64,000 bases of DNA from a bacterium (GTDB lineage Bacteria > Patescibacteriota > Minisyncoccia > UBA6257 > GWB1-50-10): contig NZBZ01000020.1 of the NCBI GenBank assembly GCA_002686365.1, positions 55,484 through 119,483 of the forward strand, written 5' to 3'. The notes beneath the pieces are model-generated. The model was not told the DNA's origin. It did no database searches and saw nothing but the letters and a program-made list of their open reading frames with translations. Shown piece after piece: positions 1-9,618 of this stretch (position 1 is its first letter; every line of letters starts with the position of its first letter). The position numbers and the translations under genes were made by a program.

Positions 1-258
1 GGATGGCGAGTTTTTGCCGATCCAATGATGATGGAAAGATTTCAGCTAGAGCCCGAACAAGGGAAGGCATTGAGGTATAATATTTTTAATGCGTATTATC
101 TGCCGAATAAAGGAAATGAATCTCTTCCTCTTTCAATGACTCCAGTTAATTCTTTCCGCACAGTATTAAATTACTATTTTGACCAGAATCTTGAGTTTCT
201 CGAAGATATTTTTTATGGCGTTGATTCTCCTGATGGTCCGCCTCGTGTATATTTTTGA
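1..258 (+). CDS. 3' end of a CDS that starts upstream of the window; function unknown
   Basis: Frame 1 is open from nt 1 to the stop at 256-258; no recognisable domain in the 85 visible residues. Confidence 0.45.
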   Translation, partial: GWRVFADPMMMERFQLEPEQGKALRYNIFNAYYLPNKGNESLPLSMTPVNSFRTVLNYYFDQNLEFLEDIFYGVDSPDGPPRVYF

Positions 259-405
259 TTTTTCTAACATCTACTTAAATCCTAAATTCCTTAACAGTTA
301 CAGTTTTTTAAGCACGGGGAAGTAGTCCTAAGGCTTTTATTCGTGCAGTTGATTTCTTCAACAGTATAGTGATAGTATGAAGCCAAAGATATTCTTGCTA
401 AATAT

Positions 406-597
406 ATGAAGTTTTTCCGATCATTGTTTCAGGCATTAAAATTGCGTTTCGGAGTAGGCGAGAGACTCGTGCGCTTTTTATGGGAAAATAAGATGTGGTG
501 GATGATACCAATGGTCGTAGTGCTTATCTTATTTTTCTTGTTAATTATATTCGCGCAAAGTTCTCCGCTCGGACCTTTTATCTACACCTTGTTTTAA
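406..597 (+). CDS. small membrane protein, SxtK/DUF5989-like partner of carbamoyltransferases
   Basis: 63 aa with one TM helix and a C-terminal ...PLGPFIYTLF motif; sits directly upstream of the SxtJ-like ORF and the NodU/CmcH carbamoyltransferase, as in sxtIJK-type modules (recognition from memory). Confidence 0.5.
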   Translation: MKFFRSLFQALKLRFGVGERLVRFLWENKMWWMIPMVVVLILFFLLIIFAQSSPLGPFIYTLF

Positions 598-632
598 GGA
601 GAGGCATTTGTATCATTTGAACAGCTAATTTT

Positions 633-860
633 ATGAAAAAGTTTTTCTCAGCATTATGGAGAGGTTGGATGAGATTTGCTCAGATAGTGGGAGGATTTAT
701 TTCAGGAGTGTTTCTTGTAGTATTCTATTTCACTATTTTCGCACTGGTCGCCATTCCATACAGAATATTCAAAAGATCGTTTTGCATGCCTAGCAGTTCA
801 AACTGGATAATGAAGAAAAAATCCCCAGCCACGCTTAAGGGATTTGAAAATGAGTTTTAA
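633..860 (+). CDS. SxtJ-like small membrane protein
   Basis: 75 aa with two predicted TM helices (FISGVFLVVFYFTIFALVAIPY), lying between the SxtK-like ORF and the carbamoyltransferase. Confidence 0.45.
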   Translation: MKKFFSALWRGWMRFAQIVGGFISGVFLVVFYFTIFALVAIPYRIFKRSFCMPSSSNWIMKKKSPATLKGFENEF

Positions 861-868
861 GATAAGCC

Positions 869-2650
869 ATGAAAATACTTGGACTTTCTTTTTTTTATCA
901 TGATTCTGCAGCAGTGCTGCTGGTGGATGGAGTGCCTGTGGCAATGGCAGAGGAAGAGCGTTTTTCCAGAGTGAAGCATGATTATGAATTTCCATCGCGC
1001 GCAATTGAATTTGTTCTTGGAGAAGGAAAAATTTCTGCAAACGACCTTGATTACGTTGTATTTTATGAAAAGCCATTCATCAAGTTTGACAGGGTATTGA
1101 AAACGCTCCTTGGCACATTTCCATGGGCTCCGCACGTATTCGTAAAAGCTATAAAAAGCTTATTTCTCTCGAAAATCTGGATAAAGGTATTGATTGCAAA
1201 AGAGTTAGGCATTGATCCGCAGAAAATCCTTTTTTCAGAGCACCACCTCTCACATGCTGCAGCGTCATATCTTTCCTCTCCGTATGACAAGGCGGCGATT
1301 CTCAGCGTTGACGGGGTAGGTGAGTGGGCATGTACTGCAATTTCAATAGGCGAAGGAGATTCAATAAGGACTCTTGAAGAAATTCACTTTCCTCATTCTC
1401 TCGGCCTTCTTTACTCTGCATTTACTGCGTTCCTGGGTTTCAAGGTGAATGAGGGAGAATATAAAGTAATGGGAATGGCGCCGTACGGAACGCCAAAATA
1501 TGTAGAAAAAGTAAAAAAACTTATTAAATTTTTTGATGATGGTTCGTATGCGCTCAATCTAGATTACTTCTCGTTTCACAATTCAAATGCACGGACATAC
1601 TCGAAGAAATTCGTGAAGTTGTTCGGCAATCCGCGCAATCCAGAGTCAAAGTTTTTCACAAGAAAATCCGGCTGGCCCTCATACTTTGGGCCAAAGCCGC
1701 AGGGGGAAGAGTTCGAAAAGCTCGCAGATGAACAGGACTATTACGCGGATATTGCAGCCTCTCTTCAGGTAGTTACGGAAGAAGCGCTTATTCGTCTTGC
1801 AAAACGGGCATACGAGCTCACAAAGTACAGCAGGATTTGTATCGGAGGAGGTGTTGGTCTTAATTCTGTTGCGAATTGGAAGATTCTACAAAAAACACCA
1901 TTTGAAGAAGCATGCTTCCATCCTGCGTCAGGTGATTCAGGGGGAGCTTTGGGTGCAGCGCTTTATCTTGATAACGTAATACTGAAAAAAGGAAGAAAAT
2001 ATGTAATGCGTCACGCGTATTATGGAAAAGAATATAAGGAAAAAGAAATTCAGGAATTCATTGTTCAAAAAGGATTAAAAGCGGAACACATTCTGGATGA
2101 AGATGAACTTATAGAAAGGGTAGCAGAGGACATAATCGCCGGAAAAGTAGTGGGCTGGTTCCACGGCAGATTTGAATGGGGTCCGCGCGCGCTTGGGCAC
2201 CGATCTATTCTTGCCGATGCGCGCCGAGATGACATGAAAGACATTGTAAATACAAAGATAAAATTTCGTGAGCCGTATCGTCCCTTCGCGCCGTCAGTGC
2301 TCGCGGAGCACGTGGAGGAATTTTTCGATATTCCCAGCGCATCGAAGCACTATCCCGCTCGTTTCATGCTTTATGTAGTGCCGGTTAAGAAGGAGAAGCA
2401 GGCGCAGATTCCCGCAGTTACTCATGTAGACGGTACGGGGCGTCTGCAGATAGTACACAAAAAAGAAAGCCCTCGCTACTGGAAGCTAATTAACGAATTT
2501 TACAAGAAGACCGGAGTTCCGCTTGTGCTGAACACCTCTTTTAATCTGCGCGGTGAACCAATCGTGACAAGTCCAAAGGATGCCTATAATACGTTTATGA
2601 AGAGTGAAATAGATATATTAGTTTTAGAAAACTATATTATCGTCAAATAA
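869..2650 (+). CDS. carbamoyltransferase, NodU/CmcH/SxtI family
   Basis: 593 aa; N-terminus MKILGLSFFYHDSAAVLLVDG...KHDYEFP is the typical Carbam_trans_N signature, and size and C-terminal domain fit. Confidence 0.9.
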   Translation: MKILGLSFFYHDSAAVLLVDGVPVAMAEEERFSRVKHDYEFPSRAIEFVLGEGKISANDLDYVVFYEKPFIKFDRVLKTLLGTFPWAPHVFVKAIKSLFLSKIWIKVLIAKELGIDPQKILFSEHHLSHAAASYLSSPYDKAAILSVDGVGEWACTAISIGEGDSIRTLEEIHFPHSLGLLYSAFTAFLGFKVNEGEYKVMGMAPYGTPKYVEKVKKLIKFFDDGSYALNLDYFSFHNSNARTYSKKFVKLFGNPRNPESKFFTRKSGWPSYFGPKPQGEEFEKLADEQDYYADIAASLQVVTEEALIRLAKRAYELTKYSRICIGGGVGLNSVANWKILQKTPFEEACFHPASGDSGGALGAALYLDNVILKKGRKYVMRHAYYGKEYKEKEIQEFIVQKGLKAEHILDEDELIERVAEDIIAGKVVGWFHGRFEWGPRALGHRSILADARRDDMKDIVNTKIKFREPYRPFAPSVLAEHVEEFFDIPSASKHYPARFMLYVVPVKKEKQAQIPAVTHVDGTGRLQIVHKKESPRYWKLINEFYKKTGVPLVLNTSFNLRGEPIVTSPKDAYNTFMKSEIDILVLENYIIVK

Positions 2651-2652
2651 CT

Positions 2653-3816
2653 ATGCGAGCAGTATTCATGAAAATTATAGCGATTGCAGGGTCTTTGGCC
2701 GCCGCTCTTCTAATTGTAGAAGCATTGTTGTGGGCTCTCACAAGTTTGTCATTAATTCCATCATATAAAGTTGAACAGGTGCAAAAATTTTATGATGAAA
2801 AGCTTTTGTATCGCATTGAACCGCTTAGCCTTCCGGAGATAGATGAAAATGGATTTAGGAACCCCACAGTTCCTGACGAAGTTGATGTTATAGGCATAGG
2901 CGACTCTATGACATACGGCTACAATGCACTGACGGAAGATTCATGGGTTTATCAGCTTGGCCAAAAGACTGGCCTCTCTGTGTACAATATTTCCATTGGC
3001 GGCGGCGGTCCTCCGCAGTACCTCCTGCTTCTTGATGAAGCGCTAAAACTAAAACCGTCAACTATTATTGTGGGGCTTTATCTCGGAAATGATATTGCAG
3101 GGTCCTGCAGTGTTTTTAGAGAATTAGATTTTTGGAAATCATATGCAGTGGAAAATGAGATAGATATTGATGATTGTGTAAATTCAAACAGTGTATATTG
3201 GGGAACAGGCCCGCAAGTATCATCAGATGCAGCAAGAGATGTATCCGGCAGCTTGCTGGAGACAATTAGGGGGTCGTACACAATTTCTTTTATTAAGAGC
3301 ATTGATCCGGTGAAAAAAATGATATGGTCTTTTAGGGCAAAGAAGCTCCTTACGGAAAGCAGCGACTTTTACCTTATTGAAGACGATGCATTGAATGTAC
3401 TGATTGACTATAGCAAAAGTGATCTTATCGACAGAAAAGAAAAGGCAGTACAAAACGGTTACGAAATTACAAAGATACTATTTAAAGAGATGACTCTTAA
3501 ACTTGGGAAAGATCAGCAACTAGTTGTTGCTATTATCCCAACCAAAGCAGACGTATTCTACGATTTTTTACAAGAAAGAGATCACGATATTCCTAAGGCG
3601 CACGAAGACTCCGTTTTGATGCAAAGGGAACTAACAGCAGATTTTATAGACTACTTTAACGATTTAGGAGTAGATGCTGTAGATGCCAGACCGTTTTATG
3701 AAGAAAAGATATTAAATCAAAACCCGCGTTTATATCAAGAATTCAATCGAGATAACCACCCCACAAAAATTGGATATGAGGCAATTGCCGATTCTCTTAT
3801 GGAATTGTTTCAGTAA
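2653..3816 (+). CDS. SGNH/GDSL-type hydrolase-like protein with N-terminal membrane anchor
   Basis: GIGDSMTYG block (GDS(L)-like) after a TM helix; 387 aa. Confidence 0.5.
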   Translation: MRAVFMKIIAIAGSLAAALLIVEALLWALTSLSLIPSYKVEQVQKFYDEKLLYRIEPLSLPEIDENGFRNPTVPDEVDVIGIGDSMTYGYNALTEDSWVYQLGQKTGLSVYNISIGGGGPPQYLLLLDEALKLKPSTIIVGLYLGNDIAGSCSVFRELDFWKSYAVENEIDIDDCVNSNSVYWGTGPQVSSDAARDVSGSLLETIRGSYTISFIKSIDPVKKMIWSFRAKKLLTESSDFYLIEDDALNVLIDYSKSDLIDRKEKAVQNGYEITKILFKEMTLKLGKDQQLVVAIIPTKADVFYDFLQERDHDIPKAHEDSVLMQRELTADFIDYFNDLGVDAVDARPFYEEKILNQNPRLYQEFNRDNHPTKIGYEAIADSLMELFQ

Positions 3817-3844
3817 ACGACTTCTACGTCGTCATTGTAGGAGT

Positions 3845-4222
3845 TTATGACATCCCTCCTTCTGAAGGGTTGCTTTCACTCAATTTTTGATCCTGTTTCA
3901 AGTTCTGTTTATTGTCGTCTGAAGATGAAGGAGTGCCTCTCCTGCGAAAAAGTCTTTTAATTTTTGCCCACATCAGCTTAATGGTAAAAGATGCTCCCAA
4001 TAAGGTGGCAAGTACAATTTGAATTAAAAAGCTGCCCGTACCCGGATCAATATAGGCATCTGCTGTAAGGGGAACAATTAGAAAGTAGAAAGCAATAAAA
4101 AAAATAGCAAGAATCATATGTTCAAAAGCATACCACGAGTGAGAATGAACGCAACCATAAGATTTGTAAAACTCGTGAGGGTCTATATAATTGAAGGGCA
4201 TAAAAAATTCGCAGGAAAGCAT
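3845..4222 (-). CDS. hypothetical small membrane protein
   Basis: 125-aa ORF with two hydrophobic helices; divergent from the GT2 gene; no homology recognised. Confidence 0.3.
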   Translation of the reverse strand: MLSCEFFMPFNYIDPHEFYKSYGCVHSHSWYAFEHMILAIFFIAFYFLIVPLTADAYIDPGTGSFLIQIVLATLLGASFTIKLMWAKIKRLFRRRGTPSSSDDNKQNLKQDQKLSESNPSEGGMS

Positions 4223-4229
4223 TGTTAAT

Positions 4230-5390
4230 ATGGAACAGAATACTTCTACAAAAAAACCGCTTGTTTCAATCGTTATTACCTTATATAACGGTGAAAAATT
4301 GATATCCTGCGCGCTTGAGTCCGCTCTTAATCAAACATACTCAAATATCGAAGTTGTTGTATTTGATGATGCTTCAACTGACAACACTGAAGCTATAGTA
4401 AGAAAGTACGCTAAGGCAGATCCAAGGGTTGTATATGTAAGAAACGATTCAAATATCGGGTACGCCAGGAGCTTGGCAAAACTTCCGGAGATTGCCAGCG
4501 GAGAATATGCGCAGCTTCTTGGGGCAGATGACTGGATCGCTGATAATTGCGTTGAGACACTTGTCGAATGCATGGAAGATAATCCGAATGCAGCATGCAT
4601 CACTCCGGAGATGATTACCTTGGAAGAGATGCCGGACAATAGATTTCAATTCTTAAACAAATACATTCCCAAGAAAAAGAGACCGTCAAAAAAATTCTAT
4701 ATTCGAAATGTATACAAAACAGAGCTGGGATCAACGCTTACTCCGTATGCTCTTTTTCGAAAAGATGATTTTCTTGAAAGCGCGAGCTTTATAAAAGACG
4801 CTCTAACAAATCCTCCGGTGCCAACGCCTAAAGAGATGCTGGAAGTACATTCCAGAGGACATGCCACAGGAACTCTTTTCCTCTTAAAAGTAATGCACAA
4901 GTATGAATATCTTATATTCACAGATAAAACAGTATATATAAAAACTCAGAACTCAAAAAATAAAACCAAGGCATATAACAGTATTATCGACTGGGTAAGT
5001 GCCGGAAGAATACTCCAGTCATACTATTTTGATAGAATTGGCTATGATTACTTATTCAAGAGTACATACAGAAAGTTTCGAAAGGGTTTACGCCTATTTT
5101 TCAGCGTAGAACCATTCATCTCAATATTTTTTGTATTTATAAAAAGAGGATGTAAGCCGAAATTTTTTGCAGACTTAAAATGGAAGGACATAAAAGCGTA
5201 TTTTGCTGACTATTCTTTCGCGGGGAGAATAATGGCCCTGCTCTATCTGCCAATTCGCCTCGGAATACGAACCATCTCTTTTGGCACAAGGATATTCAGC
5301 GTGCCGAGAACACAGAAAAAAGATGTTTTCAAAGAAGAGTATTTTTTGAACAAAAAAGGGTACTTTAGTGTGCCAAAAATACGCAGTTAG
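4230..5390 (+). CDS. glycosyltransferase family 2 (N-terminal GT-A domain) with long C-terminal extension
   Basis: LVSIVITLYNGEKLISCALESALNQTYSNIEVVVFDDASTDNT is the classic GT2 motif. The track ORF starts at 4191; the internal ATG at 4230 avoids overlapping the divergent ORF. Confidence 0.75.
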   Translation: MEQNTSTKKPLVSIVITLYNGEKLISCALESALNQTYSNIEVVVFDDASTDNTEAIVRKYAKADPRVVYVRNDSNIGYARSLAKLPEIASGEYAQLLGADDWIADNCVETLVECMEDNPNAACITPEMITLEEMPDNRFQFLNKYIPKKKRPSKKFYIRNVYKTELGSTLTPYALFRKDDFLESASFIKDALTNPPVPTPKEMLEVHSRGHATGTLFLLKVMHKYEYLIFTDKTVYIKTQNSKNKTKAYNSIIDWVSAGRILQSYYFDRIGYDYLFKSTYRKFRKGLRLFFSVEPFISIFFVFIKRGCKPKFFADLKWKDIKAYFADYSFAGRIMALLYLPIRLGIRTISFGTRIFSVPRTQKKDVFKEEYFLNKKGYFSVPKIRS

Positions 5391-5431
5391 ATTGACATGC
5401 TTCTCTCCTTCGTTATTATAAAGACCTAATA

Positions 5432-6430
5432 ATGAAAAACAAAAAGGCCTTAATTACGGGAATAACAGGGCAGGACGGCTCATATCTTGCTGAGCTTCTT
5501 TTAGATTTGGGGTATGAGGTGCGCGGCGTTTTTCGTCGTGTAAGTTATTTTAATACCGCTCGTATTGATCATCTATATGAAAATAAGCTATTTGGCATGT
5601 ATTACGCGGATTTAACCGATCCAATCTCTATTACAAGAGCAATAGAGGATTTTAAGCCGGACGAGATATACAATTTAGGCGCAATGAGTTATGTAAAGGT
5701 TTCTTTTGACAAGCCAAGCTATGTGCTGGCAACAAACACCATTGGTCCGCTTTCTATACTTGAGTATATACGCGCCCACGCTCCTAAGACTAAATTCTAT
5801 CAAGCTTCAAGCTCAGAAATGTTTGGCGCCTCAAGAAGCAAGCCCCCGTTTAACGAGCGATCAGAGTTCCGTCCGCAAAGCCCTTATGGCGTTTCAAAAT
5901 TAGCCACCCACCACCTTACAAGAAATTATCGTGAAGGATATAATCTCTTCGCAGCAGCCGGCATCCTATTCAATCACGAAAGTCCAAGAAGGGGAGAGGT
6001 ATTCGTGACGCGGAAAATAACACGCGGAGTCGCTGCCATACTAAAAGGAAAAACCAAGCAACTGGCGTTTGGTAATTTAGACGCTGTAAGAGACTGGGGA
6101 CATTCTAAGGATTATGTAAGGGCAATCCATCTTATTATGCAGCAGGAAGAGCCGGATGAGTACGTGGTTGCCACTGGTGACGCGCACAGTATTCGAGAGG
6201 CCATGGAGTTTTGTTTTAACGAGGTTAATTTAGACTGGAAAAAATACGTAACTATCGACAAAAAGCACTTCCGCCCAAACGAAGTTCCATACTTGAAGGG
6301 GGACTCAAGTAAAATTCGCGCCTTGGGATGGAAGCCGGAGTATGATTGGAAGAGTTTGCTCAGAGAGATGCTGAAGAATGATATAGAAAACTTTGACAAA
6401 AATCCTTCGCAATTCATATCATCTATATAA
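5432..6430 (+). CDS. gmd: GDP-mannose 4,6-dehydratase
   Basis: MKNKKALITGITGQDGSYLAELLLDLGYEVRG... is collinear with Gmd over the full 332 aa. Confidence 0.92.
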   Translation: MKNKKALITGITGQDGSYLAELLLDLGYEVRGVFRRVSYFNTARIDHLYENKLFGMYYADLTDPISITRAIEDFKPDEIYNLGAMSYVKVSFDKPSYVLATNTIGPLSILEYIRAHAPKTKFYQASSSEMFGASRSKPPFNERSEFRPQSPYGVSKLATHHLTRNYREGYNLFAAAGILFNHESPRRGEVFVTRKITRGVAAILKGKTKQLAFGNLDAVRDWGHSKDYVRAIHLIMQQEEPDEYVVATGDAHSIREAMEFCFNEVNLDWKKYVTIDKKHFRPNEVPYLKGDSSKIRALGWKPEYDWKSLLREMLKNDIENFDKNPSQFISSI

Positions 6431-6433
6431 CGC

Positions 6434-6826
6434 ATGAGAACGATCACGGAAAAAGGTAAGGTTATCGCTCTTGTTTTCGATAATAATTTAGAAAAAGATA
6501 CAGTGCCTCTTACTCCGGAGGAGCTTCCTTTGCAGGTTATAGGACTGAATTATCCTAAGGGAAAGGTATGGCCTCTCCATATTCACGAGCCTAAAAAGCG
6601 AGTCACTGAATATGGGCTAGAGGCGTTTTTTATTTTACAGGGCAAGGCGCGAATACAAATTTTTAAAGACGAAAAAGAAACAGCATCATTTGAATTGAAA
6701 AGCTCTGAGGGGGTCATGGTTTTGGACGGAGCGATAAAAATAGAAGTACTTGAAGACTTGAAGGCGTTAGAGTTTAAGAATGGTCCTTTTATAAAAGACA
6801 AAGTCATCCTGCATGAAGCTTCATGA
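6434..6826 (+). CDS. cupin-fold sugar-nucleotide isomerase/epimerase-like protein (FdtA/WxcM/RmlC-like)
   Basis: 130 aa with an HIHE cupin metal/active-site block; it sits between gmd and an SDR reductase. Confidence 0.45.
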   Translation: MRTITEKGKVIALVFDNNLEKDTVPLTPEELPLQVIGLNYPKGKVWPLHIHEPKKRVTEYGLEAFFILQGKARIQIFKDEKETASFELKSSEGVMVLDGAIKIEVLEDLKALEFKNGPFIKDKVILHEAS

Positions 6827-7868
6827 AGAAATAGTTTATGAGGATATAGAGGCGGCATGCAAGGGTATAGACCTTGAGCCTCTAAAAAACTCACGGATAC
6901 TGCTTACCGGCGCGAACGGTTTTTTAGGGTCGTACTTCGCCCACTTATTCAATTACTGCAACGAGAAGAAAAATTTTAACATTCAGTGCGACTGCATTAC
7001 AAAGAGCGAGATTTCTCCGCGCTCCAGAATCTTTCCATTAAAAGAAAAAAAGGGCTTCTCTTTCATAATTAAGGATCTAACAGAATATACTGCCTATGAC
7101 ACGCCGTACGATATTGTTATATACGCGGCAGGCTACGCAGCGCCCAAGAAGTTCTTGGAAGACCCAATCTCTGTCATTGATGTGAATTATATTGGCATAA
7201 AAAGTGTTTTGGAGAATGTTCTTCGTGTAAATCCAAAAGCATCCATAATGTATTTTTCGAGCAGTGAGATATATGGAAGTCCAGAGCCAAAGAACATACC
7301 TACTACTGAAACATACGATGGCAGAGTTTCAATCGTAAACAATCGCGCCTGCTACATGGAATCAAAACGTCTTGCAGAGGTATTGTGCCTAATATACAAA
7401 GATAATCTCAAGGCAGACATAAAAATAGTGCGTCCAGCCCTCACATATGGCCCGGGTCTTAGTTTTGATGATGAGCGGGTTATTGGTCAGTTCATGGGCA
7501 AGGCGTATCAAAATAAAAAGATTGAAATGATTGACGAGGGAAGAGATACACGCGCCTTTTGTTATATCAGAGATGCTCTTCAGGAGCTTCTCCACGTCCT
7601 GCTTTATGGCAGAGATACGATTTACAATATTGGCTCCAGTAAGGAGGAGATAAGCATAAAAGAGCTTGCAGATATAATAGGAGATATAATGGGCGTGCCA
7701 GTAAAAGCCGGGCAGATAAAGGAAGATGCAGTAAAAGGCGCACCAGGAAGAGTATGTCTTGATATGTCGAAAATTGAGAAGGAGTTCAATATTTCACCGC
7801 AAGTAGGCATGAAAGAGGGATTAAAAAGAACAATAGATTGGAATAAGGCGCTTATAAAAGAGGAATAA
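6813..7868 (+). CDS. NAD-dependent epimerase/dehydratase (SDR) family, likely 4-keto-6-deoxy-sugar reductase
   Basis: ILLTGANGFLGSY Rossmann motif, a YxxxK-type catalytic region, 351 aa, immediately after gmd and the cupin. Confidence 0.8.
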   Translation: MKLHEEIVYEDIEAACKGIDLEPLKNSRILLTGANGFLGSYFAHLFNYCNEKKNFNIQCDCITKSEISPRSRIFPLKEKKGFSFIIKDLTEYTAYDTPYDIVIYAAGYAAPKKFLEDPISVIDVNYIGIKSVLENVLRVNPKASIMYFSSSEIYGSPEPKNIPTTETYDGRVSIVNNRACYMESKRLAEVLCLIYKDNLKADIKIVRPALTYGPGLSFDDERVIGQFMGKAYQNKKIEMIDEGRDTRAFCYIRDALQELLHVLLYGRDTIYNIGSSKEEISIKELADIIGDIMGVPVKAGQIKEDAVKGAPGRVCLDMSKIEKEFNISPQVGMKEGLKRTIDWNKALIKEE

Positions 7869-7916
7869 TATAAGAGTAAAAAAATGCGCGATAACCTCGT
7901 TTTATTTTAGGAAACT

Positions 7917-8684
7917 ATGAAACTTATTTGTGTAAATGCGTGGGGAGGGAAGTGTCTTGTCCCGCTAATAAATCTTATTAAGGAGGCAGAGCCGACAACT
8001 GATATATTTTGTTTTCAGGAGGTTTTTCATTCGAACGAATCCCGCACGTTAAATTCTGAATATATATCGAATCTGTATGACAAAATACAGGAAGTACTCT
8101 CTGACTTTCAGGGGTCTTTCTCAGCTCAATTTGATAATTACGACTATGAGAGTCCTGTTGATTTCCCGTTGTCTCATGGTCAGGCAACATTTGTAAGGAA
8201 TACATTCAAGGTGCGTAAAAGCGGAGAAGTATTTGTTTTCGGAGAAAAAAATAAAGTAATAAAAGAAGGGAAAATACGGACTGTGCCTGAAAATGTGCAG
8301 TATGTGAATATATCGCATGGAAACCAGGAGTTTGTTGTCTGCAACATTCACGGCATACCGAATTGGCCAAAAATTGACACTCCAGAAAGAATCAAGCAGT
8401 CAAAAATTATTCTGGATCTTTTACAGACCTTCCCGAACTCGAAAAAAATACTGTGCGGCGATTTTAATCTCTTTCCAGAAACAAAAAGCATACAAATGCT
8501 GGAGGCATCAATGAAAAATCTTATAAAGGAATATAAGATTAAAAAAACCAGAAGCGCATTGTATGAAAGAGATGACAAAATATCTGACTATATATTTGTT
8601 TCTCAGGACGTTACAGTAAAAGACATGCAGGTACTGGATGCGGCTGTATCAGACCACCTTCCTCTGGTTGTAGAGTTTGAATAG
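7917..8684 (+). CDS. endonuclease/exonuclease/phosphatase (EEP) family protein
   Basis: ICFQEV near the N-terminus and SDHLPLVVEF at the C-terminus are hallmark EEP motifs. Confidence 0.65.
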   Translation: MKLICVNAWGGKCLVPLINLIKEAEPTTDIFCFQEVFHSNESRTLNSEYISNLYDKIQEVLSDFQGSFSAQFDNYDYESPVDFPLSHGQATFVRNTFKVRKSGEVFVFGEKNKVIKEGKIRTVPENVQYVNISHGNQEFVVCNIHGIPNWPKIDTPERIKQSKIILDLLQTFPNSKKILCGDFNLFPETKSIQMLEASMKNLIKEYKIKKTRSALYERDDKISDYIFVSQDVTVKDMQVLDAAVSDHLPLVVEFE

Positions 8685-8784
8685 TCCTTTGTTTTGCGAA
8701 AGAAATTCATTCATGGTAGGTTGGTTAGGTTAGTAAAAAACGAAAATATATAAGGCGCAAAGGCGTTTTTTCTAAAAATCGGCT

Positions 8785-9615
8785 TTGTGTAAATTATTCT
8801 GTAGGATGGACTTAGAAAAACTCTCGACACGGGCAAAGTCCGTGAGGAGAAAAATTATAGAGCTGGTATATCAGGCAAAAGCATCTCATGTTGGATGCTC
8901 GCTTTCAGTTACTGATATTTTAGTTGCTTTGTATTTCGAAGTAATGAATATTGATCCAAAGAATCCGAATGATTCAGATAGAGATAGGATGATTTTAAGT
9001 AAGGGACACAGCATTTCCGCGCTCTACGCTGTACTTGCTGCTCGCGGATTTTTTCCAGAAGAGAAGCTTCAGGAGTATGGAAAAGACAACACATCTCTCG
9101 CCAGCCACGGAGTACGCGGAGCTGTTCCGGGAATTGAGGTGAGCACCGGATCAGGCGGCCACGGGCTTTCGCTTGGCGCTGGTATGGCGCTCGCATTAAA
9201 GGGAGCGAAAAGCAATGCGAGAGTATTCGTAGTTTCAGGCGACGGAGAAATGGCTGAGGGGTCAGCATGGGAAGCAATAACTTTTGCCGGCTTCCATGAG
9301 CTTTCAAATATAACGCTTGTAATTGATCACAATAATCTTCAGGACGGACAGGATGGTCTGCGCGCAGAGGAAGTTCTTGATCTTAATCCATTTGCAGATA
9401 AGTTGAGGGCTTTCCACTGGGATGTAGAAGAGATTGACGGACACAATTTCGAGGAGCTCGTTACTGCCATGAATAAAAAGGGAGAGCGTCCGCAGGCGAT
9501 AATCGCAAGCACCAAAAAAGGCAGGGGAGTATCATTTATGGAAGATGAGCCTGAATGGCACGGCAAATCTCCAAGCGAAGAAGAATATACAATGGCTCTG
9601 AAGGAGCTTTCATAA
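8785..9615 (+). CDS. transketolase, N-terminal (ThDP-binding) subunit
   Basis: GHVGCSLSVTDILVALYF..., GHG, and VSGDGEMAEG (GDG ThDP motif); 276 aa split-type subunit. Confidence 0.88.
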   Translation: MCKLFCRMDLEKLSTRAKSVRRKIIELVYQAKASHVGCSLSVTDILVALYFEVMNIDPKNPNDSDRDRMILSKGHSISALYAVLAARGFFPEEKLQEYGKDNTSLASHGVRGAVPGIEVSTGSGGHGLSLGAGMALALKGAKSNARVFVVSGDGEMAEGSAWEAITFAGFHELSNITLVIDHNNLQDGQDGLRAEEVLDLNPFADKLRAFHWDVEEIDGHNFEELVTAMNKKGERPQAIIASTKKGRGVSFMEDEPEWHGKSPSEEEYTMALKELS

Positions 9616-9618
9616 CAT

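Noticed and set aside
798-1290. Minus-strand ORFs 798-1076, 857-1135 and 1063-1290
   Set aside because: They lie antisense within the carbamoyltransferase and SxtJ-like genes with no homology, so they are typical shadow ORFs. The same applies to other short antisense ORFs listed across the window, e.g. 4331-4921, 44524-44945, 59054-59443.
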